64,000 bases of DNA from Micrococcales bacterium (GCA_032127075.1 JAQAZZ010000008.1:7724-71723), one strand, 5' to 3'. Numbered from the stretch's first letter, positions 54,090-63,067 are shown. Notes: generated by a model not told the origin, from the sequence alone. Translations and numbers: made by a program.

Positions 54090-54791
54090 TCGCCGGAGCA
54101 CCGAGACCACCTTTCCCATGATGCGGGCGTGGTCGCCGGGGATGGGCTCGTAGGCAGGATTGGCGGGCAGCAGCAGCACCCGGCCGTCCTTTCGCGACAG
54201 CGTCTTCACCGTGGCTTCGTCGTCGAGCAGTGCGGCGACGATCTCGCCGTTCTCAGCGTTCGGCTGGGACCGCACGACCACGTAGTCGCCATCGCAGATG
54301 GCTGCGTCGATCATCGAGTCGCCCTTCACCTCGAGCATGAACAACTGCCCCTCGCCGACGAGTTGCCTGGGCAACGGGAACGTATCCGCCAGGCTCTGCT
54401 CGGCAAGGATCGGACCGCCCGCCGCGATGTGACCCACGAGCGGAACCATGGCCACGGAGTCGGGGATCGAGGCCGGCGGCGGTGTGGCCGCGGGCTTCAC
54501 CTCTGGCTCCCGCAGCGGCTCTGCACCATCGGTCACCAGCAGCGCTCGCGGGGTATTGGGGTCGCGGTGCAGGTAGCCCCTGTTCTGCAGCACCCGCAGC
54601 TGGTGGGCCACGCTCGAGGTGCTGGTCAGCCCCACGGCCTCGCCGATCTCGCGCACGCTGGGTGGGAAACCCTTGGCGCTGACGCTGTCGCGGATGAAGT
54701 CGAGGATGCGCCGTTGCCGCGATGTCAGCAGCGGTACCGGTGCATCGTGCCCGGGTGCTCGCCGCCCGCCCGATTTCGTGTCTCCACCCAT
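54084..54791 (-). CDS. lexA: SOS repressor LexA
   Basis: Motifs [42 protein letters not shown], cleavage-site region VGHIAAG, and GDSM...KTL (Ser/Lys dyad). ATG 54791 follows GGGAGG; the track TTG 54821 is less likely. Confidence 0.95.
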   Translation of the reverse strand: MGGDTKSGGRRAPGHDAPVPLLTSRQRRILDFIRDSVSAKGFPPSVREIGEAVGLTSTSSVAHQLRVLQNRGYLHRDPNTPRALLVTDGAEPLREPEVKPAATPPPASIPDSVAMVPLVGHIAAGGPILAEQSLADTFPLPRQLVGEGQLFMLEVKGDSMIDAAICDGDYVVVRSQPNAENGEIVAALLDDEATVKTLSRKDGRVLLLPANPAYEPIPGDHARIMGKVVSVLRRL

Positions 54792-54863
54792 CGCTACCTC
54801 CCAAGCCCTGCCGGTCGCCAACTGCTCCGGTCGTGTCTAGCGTGGCACGGCGGCGGCGCCGTT

Positions 54864-54879
54864 TCAAACAAATGTTCGA
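54864..54879. promoter_or_regulatory. SOS box 1 (15/16 match to actinobacterial TCGAAC-N4-GTTCGA)
   Basis: TCAAACAAATGTTCGA lies 73 nt upstream of the lexA ATG, in the lexA / LysM-gene divergent region. Confidence 0.75.
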
Positions 54880-54921
54880 AAGTCTCTTTACCCGTGTCGG
54901 ACCGTGCTGATAGGACTGACC

Positions 54922-54937
54922 TCGAACGGGTGTTCGA
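54922..54937. promoter_or_regulatory. SOS box 2 (perfect TCGAAC-N4-GTTCGA)
   Basis: TCGAACGGGTGTTCGA lies 50 nt upstream of the LysM-gene ATG. Confidence 0.85.
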
Positions 54938-54986
54938 TATGTTCGAAGGGCTCGAACGGTTCGGCTCCCGGGGTTGGAGGTGCGTG

Positions 54987-55379
54987 ATGAGTGCGACAAC
55001 GTTGATGGGGCCGACCGCGGTGGCCCCGGGCCTACCGGCGTGGGCACGCTCCCGGCGGATTGTGCTGCTGCGCAGGTGGGCCGGGGTGGCCCTGGCGGTG
55101 CTGCTGGTCTTCGTTTCGGCCGGGAGCCTGCTCCCGCGCCTTGCGCAGGCGACCCCCGACGGCGTTCCGGTGGCCGTCGGTGACGGGGCCGTTGTGCAGT
55201 CAGGCCCCGCGCTGATCTCCCATCGCGTGGTGCCTGGCGACACGCTGTGGGACCTGGCAGTGCGGGTATCGGCCGGAGACGACCCGCGGACTGCCGTGGA
55301 GCGCATCAGGCAACTCAACAACCTGGGCTCGACCGGGCTGCAGGTGGGTGACGAGGTGCTTCTGCCCGCAGGGGGCTGA
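54987..55379 (+). CDS. LysM-domain membrane-anchored protein (Rv2719c-like SOS-regulon member)
   Basis: Start trimmed from track ORF 54129..55379 to ATG 54987, 6 nt after GGAGG. It has a TM anchor and the C-terminal LysM HRVVPGDTLWDLAVRV...IRQLNNL. Its position between lexA and nrdR is conserved. Confidence 0.8.
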   Translation: MSATTLMGPTAVAPGLPAWARSRRIVLLRRWAGVALAVLLVFVSAGSLLPRLAQATPDGVPVAVGDGAVVQSGPALISHRVVPGDTLWDLAVRVSAGDDPRTAVERIRQLNNLGSTGLQVGDEVLLPAGG

Positions 55380-55447
55380 GCCTGGGCGCATCGATTCGCA
55401 ACACACGCCGGTTTCCCCTTGCGCATCCGTCGCCCAGGGCCTAGGTT

Positions 55448-55497
55448 CCCTACATCTAGTAGTTACACACGTGTTATTCATCCACAGGTTGTGGTGG
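55448..55497. promoter_or_regulatory. Candidate NrdR operator pair or promoter region of nrdRJ
   Basis: Palindromes are CTAC-N5-GTAG (55450-55462) and CCACA-N3-TGTGG (55482-55494). Their centres are 32 bp apart, the spacing typical of tandem NrdR boxes. ACACGTGT (55467-55474) lies between them. Confidence 0.35.
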
Positions 55498-55597
55498 GTA
55501 GTGCACAGGAGATCCCCAGGAAACCCCCAGGGATATCCACAGAAATGTCCACAGCGGCACCCAGCGTGGTGTCCATGCAGCCAAGGAGGTGGACCAG

Positions 55598-56056
55598 ATG
55601 AACTGCCCTTTCTGCCGGGAGTCCGACTCGCGGGTCATCGATTCGCGCGCCACCGACGACGGTGCGTGCATCCGCCGCCGGCGCCAGTGCACCAACTGCG
55701 ACCGGCGTTTCACGACCCTGGAGACACCCAGCCTGAACGTGATCAAGCGCAGTGGCGTTTCCGAGCCTTTCAGCCGCGGCAAAGTGATCTCGGGCGTGCG
55801 CAAAGCCTGCCAGGGTCGCCCCGTCGGCGAGGATGACCTGGCGTTGCTCGCCCAACGGGTGGAAGACACCATCCGACAGTCCGGCATGGCGGAGATCCCC
55901 AGCGGCGAGGTCGGCCTGGCGATCTTGGCTCCGCTTCGCGACCTCGACGAGGTGGCCTATCTGCGTTTCGCGTCCGTCTACCGCGGCTTCAGCTCTTTGT
56001 CGGACTTCGAGAAGGAGATCACGTTCCTGCGCGACGACCGGCACGCCCCGCACTGA
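55598..56056 (+). CDS. nrdR: Transcriptional repressor NrdR (Zn-ribbon + ATP-cone)
   Basis: ATG 55598 lies 8 nt after AAGGAGG; the track start 55589 is rejected. [17 protein letters not shown]...[10 protein letters not shown] is the Zn ribbon. The ATP-cone follows. Confidence 0.95.
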   Translation: MNCPFCRESDSRVIDSRATDDGACIRRRRQCTNCDRRFTTLETPSLNVIKRSGVSEPFSRGKVISGVRKACQGRPVGEDDLALLAQRVEDTIRQSGMAEIPSGEVGLAILAPLRDLDEVAYLRFASVYRGFSSLSDFEKEITFLRDDRHAPH

Positions 56057-56124
56057 CAGCCCGTCCCCAGCACAACACACCCGCCCCACCAACTTCCCCC
56101 CCGTTCGAAACAAGGAGACCGAGG

Positions 56125-58944
56125 ATGACGCAAACCCCCCATGACGAGACAGTGTCGGGCCAGACCGCACCGACCCGCCGGAACCGCTCACGCGGACTTC
56201 CGATCAAGCGCGTGTTCAGCACCGAAGGGGTTCACCCCTATGACGAGGTGACCTGGGAGCGGCGCGACGTCGTGCAGTCCAACTGGAAGACGGGCGAGAC
56301 GGTCTTCGAGCAGCGCGGAGTCGAGTTCCCCGAATCGTGGAGCGTGAATGCCTCCACGATCGTGACGTCGAAGTACTTCCGGGGTGCGCACGGCTCCGAC
56401 GCCAGGGAATGGTCGCTTCGGCAGTTGATCGACCGCGTGGTCGACAGGTACGTGACCGCGGGCAGGGAGAACGGCTACTTCCCCGCCGACGCCGATGCCC
56501 TTGTGTTCGGCGAGGAGCTGACCTGGCTGCTGCTGCACCAGTACTTCTCCTTCAACTCCCCGGTGTGGTTCAACGTGGGCACCTCCAGCCCACAGCAGGT
56601 GAGCGCCTGCTTCATCCTGTCGGTGGACGACACCATGGACTCGATCCTGAACTGGTACCGGGAAGAGGGCCTGATCTTCAAGGGCGGCTCCGGTGCTGGG
56701 CTGAACATCTCTCGGATCCGGTCTTCGAAGGAGTTGCTGCGCTCATCCGGCGGAACCGCCTCGGGCCCTGTGTCGTTCATGCGTGGCGCCGACGCCAGCG
56801 CCGGAACCATCAAGTCGGGAGGGGCGACACGACGTGCGGCCAAGATGGTCGTCCTCGACGTGGACCACCCCGACATCGAGGAGTTCATCGAGACGAAGGT
56901 CCGCGAGGAGGAGAAGATCCGGGTCCTGCGGGATGGCGGGTTCGACATGGACCTCGGCGGCAAGGACATCGCGTCTGTCCAGTACCAGAACGCCAACAAC
57001 TCCGTGCGCGTCTCCGACGAGTTCATGCGGGCGGTGGAGGGCGACGACGAGTTCGGTCTGAAGGCGCGCACCGACGGCACGGTGGTCGATACCGTCAATG
57101 CGAACAAGCTCTTCCGCTCGATGGCGGAGGCGGCTTGGGCCTGTGCGGACCCCGGTATCCAGTACGACGACACCATCAACGACTGGCACACCAACCCGGA
57201 GAGCGGCCGCATCACCGCGTCCAACCCGTGTTCGGAGTACATGAGCCTGGATGACTCCTCGTGCAATCTGGCTTCGCTGAACCTGATGAAGTTCCTGGCC
57301 GCCGACGACAGCTTCCAGGTCGAGCGCTTCGTCAAGGCCGTCGAACTTGTGATCACCGCGATGGACATCTCGATCTGCTTCGCGGACTTCCCGACCGAGG
57401 CGATCGGGAAGACCACCCGCGACTACCGGCAGCTCGGCATCGGGTATGCGAATCTCGGGGCTCTGCTCATGGCCGCGGGACTGCCGTACGACTCCGACGG
57501 CGGCCGTGCGCTGGCAGCGGGAATCACCTCGCTGATGACAGGCGTCGCCTACCGTCGCAGCGCCGAACTGGCGGGGGTCGTCGGCCCCTACCAGGGGTAT
57601 GCGCGCAACGCCCGGGCACACGCGCGAGTCATGCGCAAGCATTCTGCGGCCACCGACGCCGTACGGTCGGTTTCCACACTGGACCGGGACGTCCTGCGGG
57701 CCGCGGCGGACTCGTGGCACAAGTGCCTGGAGATCGGGGAGAAGAACGGCTGGCGCAACGCCCAGGCGAGTGTTCTCGCCCCGACGGGGACCATCGGTTT
57801 CATGATGGATTGCGATACCACCGGCGTCGAACCTGACTTCTCGCTGGTCAAGTTCAAGAAGCTCGTCGGCGGCGGATCCATGCAGATCGTCAACAACACA
57901 ATCCCGCGGGCGCTGCGCAAACTGGGCTACGCGGGGGAGACCATCGAAGCGGTGGTCGAACATATCGCCGAGCACGGCAACGTAGTCGGCGCCCCCGGCC
58001 TGCGTGACGAGCACTACGCGATCTTCGACTGTGCCGTGGGTGATCGGGCAATATCGCCGATGGGCCATGTCCGGATGATGGCCGCCGTCCAGCCGTTCCT
58101 TTCCGGAGCGATCAGCAAGACCGTGAACATGCCGAGCGAGGCGAGCGTCGACGACGTGGCGGAAATCTACTTCGAGGGATGGCGCCTCGGGCTGAAGGCG
58201 CTGGCAATCTACCGGGATGCCTCCAAGGTGGGTCAGCCGTTGTCGGAGTCGAAGAGTTCGACCGCTGCGGAGGATGTGCCGGTGGTGCAGGGCCCGGTGC
58301 GGAGGCGTCTGCCGAAGAAGCGCCCCTCGCAGACGATCTCCTTCACCGTCGCCGGCGCCGAGGGCTACATGACGGCCGGCTCCTATCCCGACGACGGCCT
58401 CGGCGAGGTGTTCCTGAAGCTGGGCAAGCAGGGCTCCACCCTGGCTGGCGTCATGGATGCCTTCTCCATCGCGGTGTCCATCGCGCTGCAATACGGCGTG
58501 CCGCTCGAGGCGTTCGTGTCGAAGTTCGTGAACATGCGATTCGAGCCCGCCGGGCTGACCGATGATCCGGACATCCGCATGGCGCAGTCCATCATGGACT
58601 ACATCTTCCGCAGGCTGGCGCTGGACTATCTGCCCTACGAGGACCGGGCGGCGCTGAGCATCTTCACCGCTGAAGAACGGGCGGCTGCCCTGGCGGGCGA
58701 GCAGTCCGCGACGCCGGACGCAGAGGTGCAGCCCGATGGGGACTCGCTCCCGCAGCAGGTGGCGACGCCCGCTGCATCGGCTGGCGCCGATCCGGTGGCA
58801 CCGCACTCCACCGCCGAGCTGCTGGAGGTCATCACGGGCAAGTCTGCGGATGCGCCCCTGTGCCTGACCTGCGGCATCAAGATGCGTCCGGCGGGATCGT
58901 GCTACGTGTGTGAGGGATGCGGCTCCACCAGCGGCTGTTCCTAG
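56125..58944 (+). CDS. nrdJ: Class II (adenosylcobalamin-dependent) ribonucleotide reductase
   Basis: 939 aa. Motifs TSKYFRG, SACFIL, SNPCSEY and the C-terminal Cys-rich tail CLTCGIKMRPAGSCYVCEGCGSTSGC. AAGGAG precedes the ATG. Confidence 0.95.
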   Translation: MTQTPHDETVSGQTAPTRRNRSRGLPIKRVFSTEGVHPYDEVTWERRDVVQSNWKTGETVFEQRGVEFPESWSVNASTIVTSKYFRGAHGSDAREWSLRQLIDRVVDRYVTAGRENGYFPADADALVFGEELTWLLLHQYFSFNSPVWFNVGTSSPQQVSACFILSVDDTMDSILNWYREEGLIFKGGSGAGLNISRIRSSKELLRSSGGTASGPVSFMRGADASAGTIKSGGATRRAAKMVVLDVDHPDIEEFIETKVREEEKIRVLRDGGFDMDLGGKDIASVQYQNANNSVRVSDEFMRAVEGDDEFGLKARTDGTVVDTVNANKLFRSMAEAAWACADPGIQYDDTINDWHTNPESGRITASNPCSEYMSLDDSSCNLASLNLMKFLAADDSFQVERFVKAVELVITAMDISICFADFPTEAIGKTTRDYRQLGIGYANLGALLMAAGLPYDSDGGRALAAGITSLMTGVAYRRSAELAGVVGPYQGYARNARAHARVMRKHSAATDAVRSVSTLDRDVLRAAADSWHKCLEIGEKNGWRNAQASVLAPTGTIGFMMDCDTTGVEPDFSLVKFKKLVGGGSMQIVNNTIPRALRKLGYAGETIEAVVEHIAEHGNVVGAPGLRDEHYAIFDCAVGDRAISPMGHVRMMAAVQPFLSGAISKTVNMPSEASVDDVAEIYFEGWRLGLKALAIYRDASKVGQPLSESKSSTAAEDVPVVQGPVRRRLPKKRPSQTISFTVAGAEGYMTAGSYPDDGLGEVFLKLGKQGSTLAGVMDAFSIAVSIALQYGVPLEAFVSKFVNMRFEPAGLTDDPDIRMAQSIMDYIFRRLALDYLPYEDRAALSIFTAEERAAALAGEQSATPDAEVQPDGDSLPQQVATPAASAGADPVAPHSTAELLEVITGKSADAPLCLTCGIKMRPAGSCYVCEGCGSTSGCS

Positions 58945-59200
58945 ATGCGATCCGGCGGACCCGACGCGGCCCGCGCAGTCCTACGGCGCGCAACAGCGTC
59001 CGTAGCGTGCTTGCGCGGGCCTGCGTCCGGGAGGCCCAGCCGGACGGATCGCGGTGGGCAGTTGCTGGTCTCGATCTGAAACACTCGCCAGTCCTGTGGC
59101 ATTTGCGGTGAGGCAGGACTCGGTGGGTGTTTCGCTGGGGGTGGCGGTTGATCCCGTTGGTCCTGCAGCCGCGGCGAGGGTGACACCGCTGGCTCGGCTG

Positions 59201-59668
59201 TCAGGCGGAGCCGCCTTGGTGGCCGTCCAGGGACAAAGCCGCCTTGGCGAAGCGGACGATCCCGGCGATCACTGCGATGGCCGATCCCACAGCGGCGAAG
59301 ATCAGGCCGATGCGCAGTCCCACTTCCACGCCCTCATTGGGCAAGATGAACGGCCAGGTCCGGATCAGGGCGACCAGGATCGCGGTGGCGAACGCGGCAC
59401 TGACCGCGTCGCCCAGACCCTTCAGCCATTCCGGATCGCTCACGAGATAGCACAAGTTGAGAAGGATCCCGAACACGAGCGAGGTGTTGACCAGCCCGAC
59501 AACGGAGTCGGCCTGCGGGGTGAGGAATGACAGGCTCTGCCATCCCGGCCACCCGTTGATCAGGAGCAGCAGGAGGGCATTGAAGGCAACGGCTGCGGCG
59601 TACCCGACTGCGCGCCAGCCGACGGGGGAGTGCCTTCTGTCGAGGTCTGTTCGCACGGCGGTGGACAT
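59201..59668 (-). CDS. Small integral membrane protein (about 4 TM), family not recognised
   Basis: Start trimmed from track ORF 59201..60469 to ATG 59668, preceded by GAAGGGG. Only this C-terminal part has hydrophobic TM-like segments and GC3 bias. Confidence 0.6.
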   Translation of the reverse strand: MSTAVRTDLDRRHSPVGWRAVGYAAAVAFNALLLLLINGWPGWQSLSFLTPQADSVVGLVNTSLVFGILLNLCYLVSDPEWLKGLGDAVSAAFATAILVALIRTWPFILPNEGVEVGLRIGLIFAAVGSAIAVIAGIVRFAKAALSLDGHQGGSA

Positions 59669-59785
59669 GATGACCCCTTCCATCTCCATGCTAGGCCGCC
59701 GCGTGCCCGGACACCGGCCGGGTGCGGCTTGGCTGCCCGAGAGCGCCGGGGCGGGATTTGCGTTCGGCGGGCGTAGGCTGAGGCG

Positions 59786-60541
59786 GTGCGCCGCGCCATC
59801 CGGATCCTGCTGATCATGACGGTTGCCGCGAGCGCGGTGGTGGTCGTGATTCGGGGGCCGGAAAGTGCGCTGTCGCTGCTGCACAGCACCTTCCGGCCGT
59901 GGGACGGACCCCCGCCGGGGCTCGGGGAGCTCGACCGGAGGATCCTGCCTGCTGTCCGGGTGCCCGGGGTCAAGCGCACATCGGGGTTCATGAACGTCCA
60001 TCCCGATGGGACGCCGGTGACGTTCTCCCCCTGTCGGCCGTGGCCTGTGGTCGTCAATGTCCGCAAGGGACCCCGCGGCGCCGCGGGCGTTGTGGCTGAT
60101 GCCGTGGCCCAGATCCAGGAGGCCACCGGAGTCAGGTTCGTCGTCGAGGGCCGCACCGACGAGAGGGTGCGCATCGACCGTCCGAACTACCAGCCGGAAC
60201 GTTACGGCGACAGGTGGGCCCCCCTCCTTGTGGGCTGGGCGCCGACCAGGGGCGACCTGCCGGCAGGTCGCGGCGGGCCGGGATTGGCGGAAAGGATGCT
60301 GGGGCAGGCGCAGTACGTCACGGGTGTGGTCCAGATCGACCCATCCGCCGGTTTCAACGCCGACTCGGGCACGCTGCGGGCGCTGTTGTTGCACGAACTG
60401 GGCCATGTGGTGGGACTGGCGCACTCCGACGATCCCCGTTCGCTGATGTATCCCACGAACCATGGGCAACTGGATTTCACGGCCGCGGATCGTGCAGGGC
60501 TGGCCCGGCTGGGCCGAGGGGACTGTTCATCGTCCTACTGA
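59786..60541 (+). CDS. Secreted or anchored metzincin (matrixin/M10-like) zinc metalloprotease
   Basis: N-terminal signal/anchor is ILLIMTVAASAVVVVI. HELGHVVGLAHS matches HExxHxxGxxH, and the Met-turn is SLMYP. Confidence 0.8.
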   Translation: MRRAIRILLIMTVAASAVVVVIRGPESALSLLHSTFRPWDGPPPGLGELDRRILPAVRVPGVKRTSGFMNVHPDGTPVTFSPCRPWPVVVNVRKGPRGAAGVVADAVAQIQEATGVRFVVEGRTDERVRIDRPNYQPERYGDRWAPLLVGWAPTRGDLPAGRGGPGLAERMLGQAQYVTGVVQIDPSAGFNADSGTLRALLLHELGHVVGLAHSDDPRSLMYPTNHGQLDFTAADRAGLARLGRGDCSSSY

Positions 60542-60645
60542 TCGTCGTACGACTGGTCATCGTCCTACCGGGCGGGCTCCCCACGGCGCCCGTCCGGATC
60601 CGGTGCAGGGTGCCCGGCTGCTGACGGCGCCCCTACGATGGGGAA

Positions 60646-61824
60646 ATGCCCGCTGAACCCGCAGACCCCGCCGGCTCCGCCGGAGCCGATGAGGCACCGG
60701 ATGGCCCCCTCGAGCCGGCGGCGTCGCAACACCTCGACGAGGAACCGCAGCTGAGCGATGAGGAGGCCCGCCAACACCTCGGTGTCTCCGGGGGTATCGA
60801 TCGCCGCAAGAGCATCATCGGCGGAATCGTCGCGGTGGTGTTCCTCGCCATCGTCTTCACCAGGGTGATCCCCCAGATCGGCGACTATGCCCAGGCCGCG
60901 GAGTACATCCAGGCGATGACGGCGGGGGCGATCGCCGCTCTGGTGCTGATAGTGATCTGGTACCAGTTCGTCTACGGCTGGCCGTTCGTGGCGGCCACTC
61001 CGGGTCTGAGCTACAAGAACGGCTTCGTCGTCAACCAGTCCGCCTTCGCGGTGTCCAACGGGATCCCCGCCGGCGGTGCTTTCGGCCTGGGGCTGCAGTA
61101 CGCGCAGCTGACCTCGTACCGCGCGACTCCCACCGCGGCCACCGCCGCGATCGGGGCGACCGGCGTGTGGAGTGTGTTCGTCACCCTCTTCCTGCCGGTG
61201 ACGGGTGTCGTGGCGCTGTCGCTGTCCGGTGATGATGCGGGCGGTTACGTCGGAGCAGCGGCCATCGGCATACTGGCGCTCGCTGCGGCGGTCGTGGTCT
61301 TCGGGCTGATACTGCGTTCAGAGAGCAACGCGTTGCGCATCGGGGGCTTCGCCGACAAGGTCATCAACGGTGTGATCCATCGGTTCCGCAAGGAGACGAC
61401 CATCGACATCACCGCCCAGGTGCTCAAGTTGCGCCATGACATCGTCGGGCTGGTCCGGCGCCGCTGGCATGTGATCACGCTGGTCCAGATCGCGGTGTCC
61501 TGGTCGCAGTTCGCGATCCTCTACGTGGCCCTGGTGGGAGTCTCCGGCGATGTCGGCGCCCCGCCCATCCTGTTGGCCTACGGCTGCTGGGCCATCGCCC
61601 AGATCGGAATCATGATCCCGTTGACCCCCGGCGGCCTCGGAACCGTCGATGCGGTGATGATCGGCCTGATGACGAGTTTCGGCATCGACAGCGGAATCGC
61701 CACCGCCGCCGATCTGGTGTGGCGGGCATCCTCGTACATCCCGCAGATCATCATCGGGCTCGTAGCGATCTTCTACTGGCGCTGGGATGTCAACCACAAG
61801 CGCCGCAGGGCCGTGCCGGCCTGA
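60646..61824 (+). CDS. UPF0104 / lysylphosphatidylglycerol-synthase-TM-like (flippase-like) membrane protein
   Basis: An acidic N-terminal tail is followed by about 8 TM segments. PLTPGGLGTVDAVMIGLM is typical of the family as I recall it. Confidence 0.7.
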   Translation: MPAEPADPAGSAGADEAPDGPLEPAASQHLDEEPQLSDEEARQHLGVSGGIDRRKSIIGGIVAVVFLAIVFTRVIPQIGDYAQAAEYIQAMTAGAIAALVLIVIWYQFVYGWPFVAATPGLSYKNGFVVNQSAFAVSNGIPAGGAFGLGLQYAQLTSYRATPTAATAAIGATGVWSVFVTLFLPVTGVVALSLSGDDAGGYVGAAAIGILALAAAVVVFGLILRSESNALRIGGFADKVINGVIHRFRKETTIDITAQVLKLRHDIVGLVRRRWHVITLVQIAVSWSQFAILYVALVGVSGDVGAPPILLAYGCWAIAQIGIMIPLTPGGLGTVDAVMIGLMTSFGIDSGIATAADLVWRASSYIPQIIIGLVAIFYWRWDVNHKRRRAVPA

Positions 61825-61833
61825 CAATTTGCC

Positions 61834-61879
61834 GAACCCGGAGATCCGGCGGCTTCCCCTCCGCCGAACCTCCGGGTTC
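61834..61879 (+). terminator. Nested stem-loop after the UPF0104 gene
   Basis: GAACCCGGAG (61834-61843) pairs with CTCCGGGTTC (61870-61879). An inner CGGCGG/CCGCCG stem sits inside. It lies 10 nt after the stop and has no U-tract. Confidence 0.45.
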
Positions 61880-62024
61880 TAGGCACGACCCTAGGGGTTG
61901 GGCGACCGCTGCGGCCCGCCCGACACGCCGCAGCCGGAGCGTCCACAGCTGCCCCCGGGTCTGAGTTGTCCACGGGTGTGCAGCGGCTCGGTGAGGTGCG
62001 TAGATCCTCGACGACTGTTGCCGA

Positions 62025-63026
62025 ATGAACCTGCACCCGTGCCCCCTCGTCCGCACCACCCGTTTCGACCCCGCCCCGTGGCTTGTGGCGATCCCCTACC
62101 TGGTGGGCTACAACCCGGTGCTGAGCCTCGTCTGCGTGATGACCGACGGGGACAGGATCGTGGTGGTCGGCCGGTTGGACTGGCGCGACGCGGTACGGGA
62201 TCCGCGTGGGGTCGCCGCTCAGATGGTCCGACGCTCGCAGCATTCCGGCGCCACCGGCGCGATGCTGGTGGCGGTTCGCCCGGAATCCCCCGCCGGAGCC
62301 CCCGCGGCTCTCCGTGTCATCGGCGAGGTGTTCGCGAACAGCGGTGTGGATGTCATCTGGCAGGGTTGGATCACTTCCGAGCAATGGCGCAGCCCCGACT
62401 GCGACGGTGCCGGTTGTGCGCCGCACTTCCTGCCTGAGCCATCGTCCTCCGATCTCGTGCTGGAGTTGATCCTGGCCGGCGCGGCGCCGGCTGCAACGAG
62501 GCAAGAAGTCCTGGCCGAGGTCGCGCCAGCACCGGCCCAGGACCGACTGCCCGACGTCGTCGGGGCCGCAGACGGCTTGGAATCGTGGCGGGACCGGGCC
62601 GTGGCCGACTTCATGGAGCTTGTGGTCGCCGACGCGGTGCCGAACGACGACGACGTCGCACTGCTCGCGGCCGCTTGCCACGACATCAGGGTTCGCGACA
62701 CCGTGCTGCACCGAATCACCACGACAGGCAGCGGCGGCTGGGGAGCGGTGTGGCGGCTGACCACAGCCTCGATGCGGCGCGCCCCGCTCAGCCATGTCGC
62801 CAGTTTGGGAGCCGTCGCTGCGCTGGCCGCGTGGCAGATGGGGGACGGTCTGCGGGCAGGGGAGGCCCTCACCCGGGCGCGGGAGGCCGACCCCGACCAC
62901 AGCCTGTGCCAACTGCTGCAGCGGTCGCTGGATGGGGGGTATCCGCCTTCCGTCTGGGGTCAGGTGATGGCAGGGCTCACCGAGGAGGAATGCCGCTACG
63001 GCCGGGACCGCGACGCGGCTGCGTGA
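62025..63026 (+). CDS. DUF4192-like protein
   Basis: 333 aa. The N-terminus PWLVAIPYLVGYNPVLSLVCVM resembles the DUF4192 N-terminal block as I remember it. No catalytic motif was recognised. Confidence 0.65.
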   Translation: MNLHPCPLVRTTRFDPAPWLVAIPYLVGYNPVLSLVCVMTDGDRIVVVGRLDWRDAVRDPRGVAAQMVRRSQHSGATGAMLVAVRPESPAGAPAALRVIGEVFANSGVDVIWQGWITSEQWRSPDCDGAGCAPHFLPEPSSSDLVLELILAGAAPAATRQEVLAEVAPAPAQDRLPDVVGAADGLESWRDRAVADFMELVVADAVPNDDDVALLAAACHDIRVRDTVLHRITTTGSGGWGAVWRLTTASMRRAPLSHVASLGAVAALAAWQMGDGLRAGEALTRAREADPDHSLCQLLQRSLDGGYPPSVWGQVMAGLTEEECRYGRDRDAAA

Positions 63027-63067
63027 TCCGCTGGACGTCGTCGCAGGCATCGGCTATCTTTTTCCCA

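Noticed and set aside
54939-54986. In-frame ATG 54939 as the start of the LysM gene.
   Set aside because: It lies inside the SOS-box array with no SD. ATG 54987 follows GGAGG at the proper spacing and precedes the TM anchor.
54868-56112. GTTCGAA-type strings (54874, 54941, 56104) checked as possible tRNA T-arm signatures.
   Set aside because: No cloverleaf context is present. The first two are LexA half-sites, and the third lies in the nrdJ leader with no acceptor or anticodon stems.
56057-56124. Possible cobalamin riboswitch upstream of the B12-dependent nrdJ.
   Set aside because: The gap is only 68 nt, has no B12-box-like motif, and is too short for the aptamer. nrdJ appears to be co-transcribed with nrdR.
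58945-59200. GC-rich region after nrdJ with several short inverted repeats (e.g. CTACGG/CCGTAG 58980-59005, AGTCCTG/CAGGACT about 59090-59127), considered as an sRNA or riboswitch.
   Set aside because: The stems are short (6-7 bp), no known motif is recognised, and no promoter or terminator pair is visible. It is most simply a 3' UTR between convergent genes.
59201-60469. 422-aa ORF antisense to the metzincin gene.
   Set aside because: Only the last 155 codons (from ATG 59668, which has a good SD) look like a membrane protein. The remainder overlaps the well-supported metzincin CDS on the other strand.
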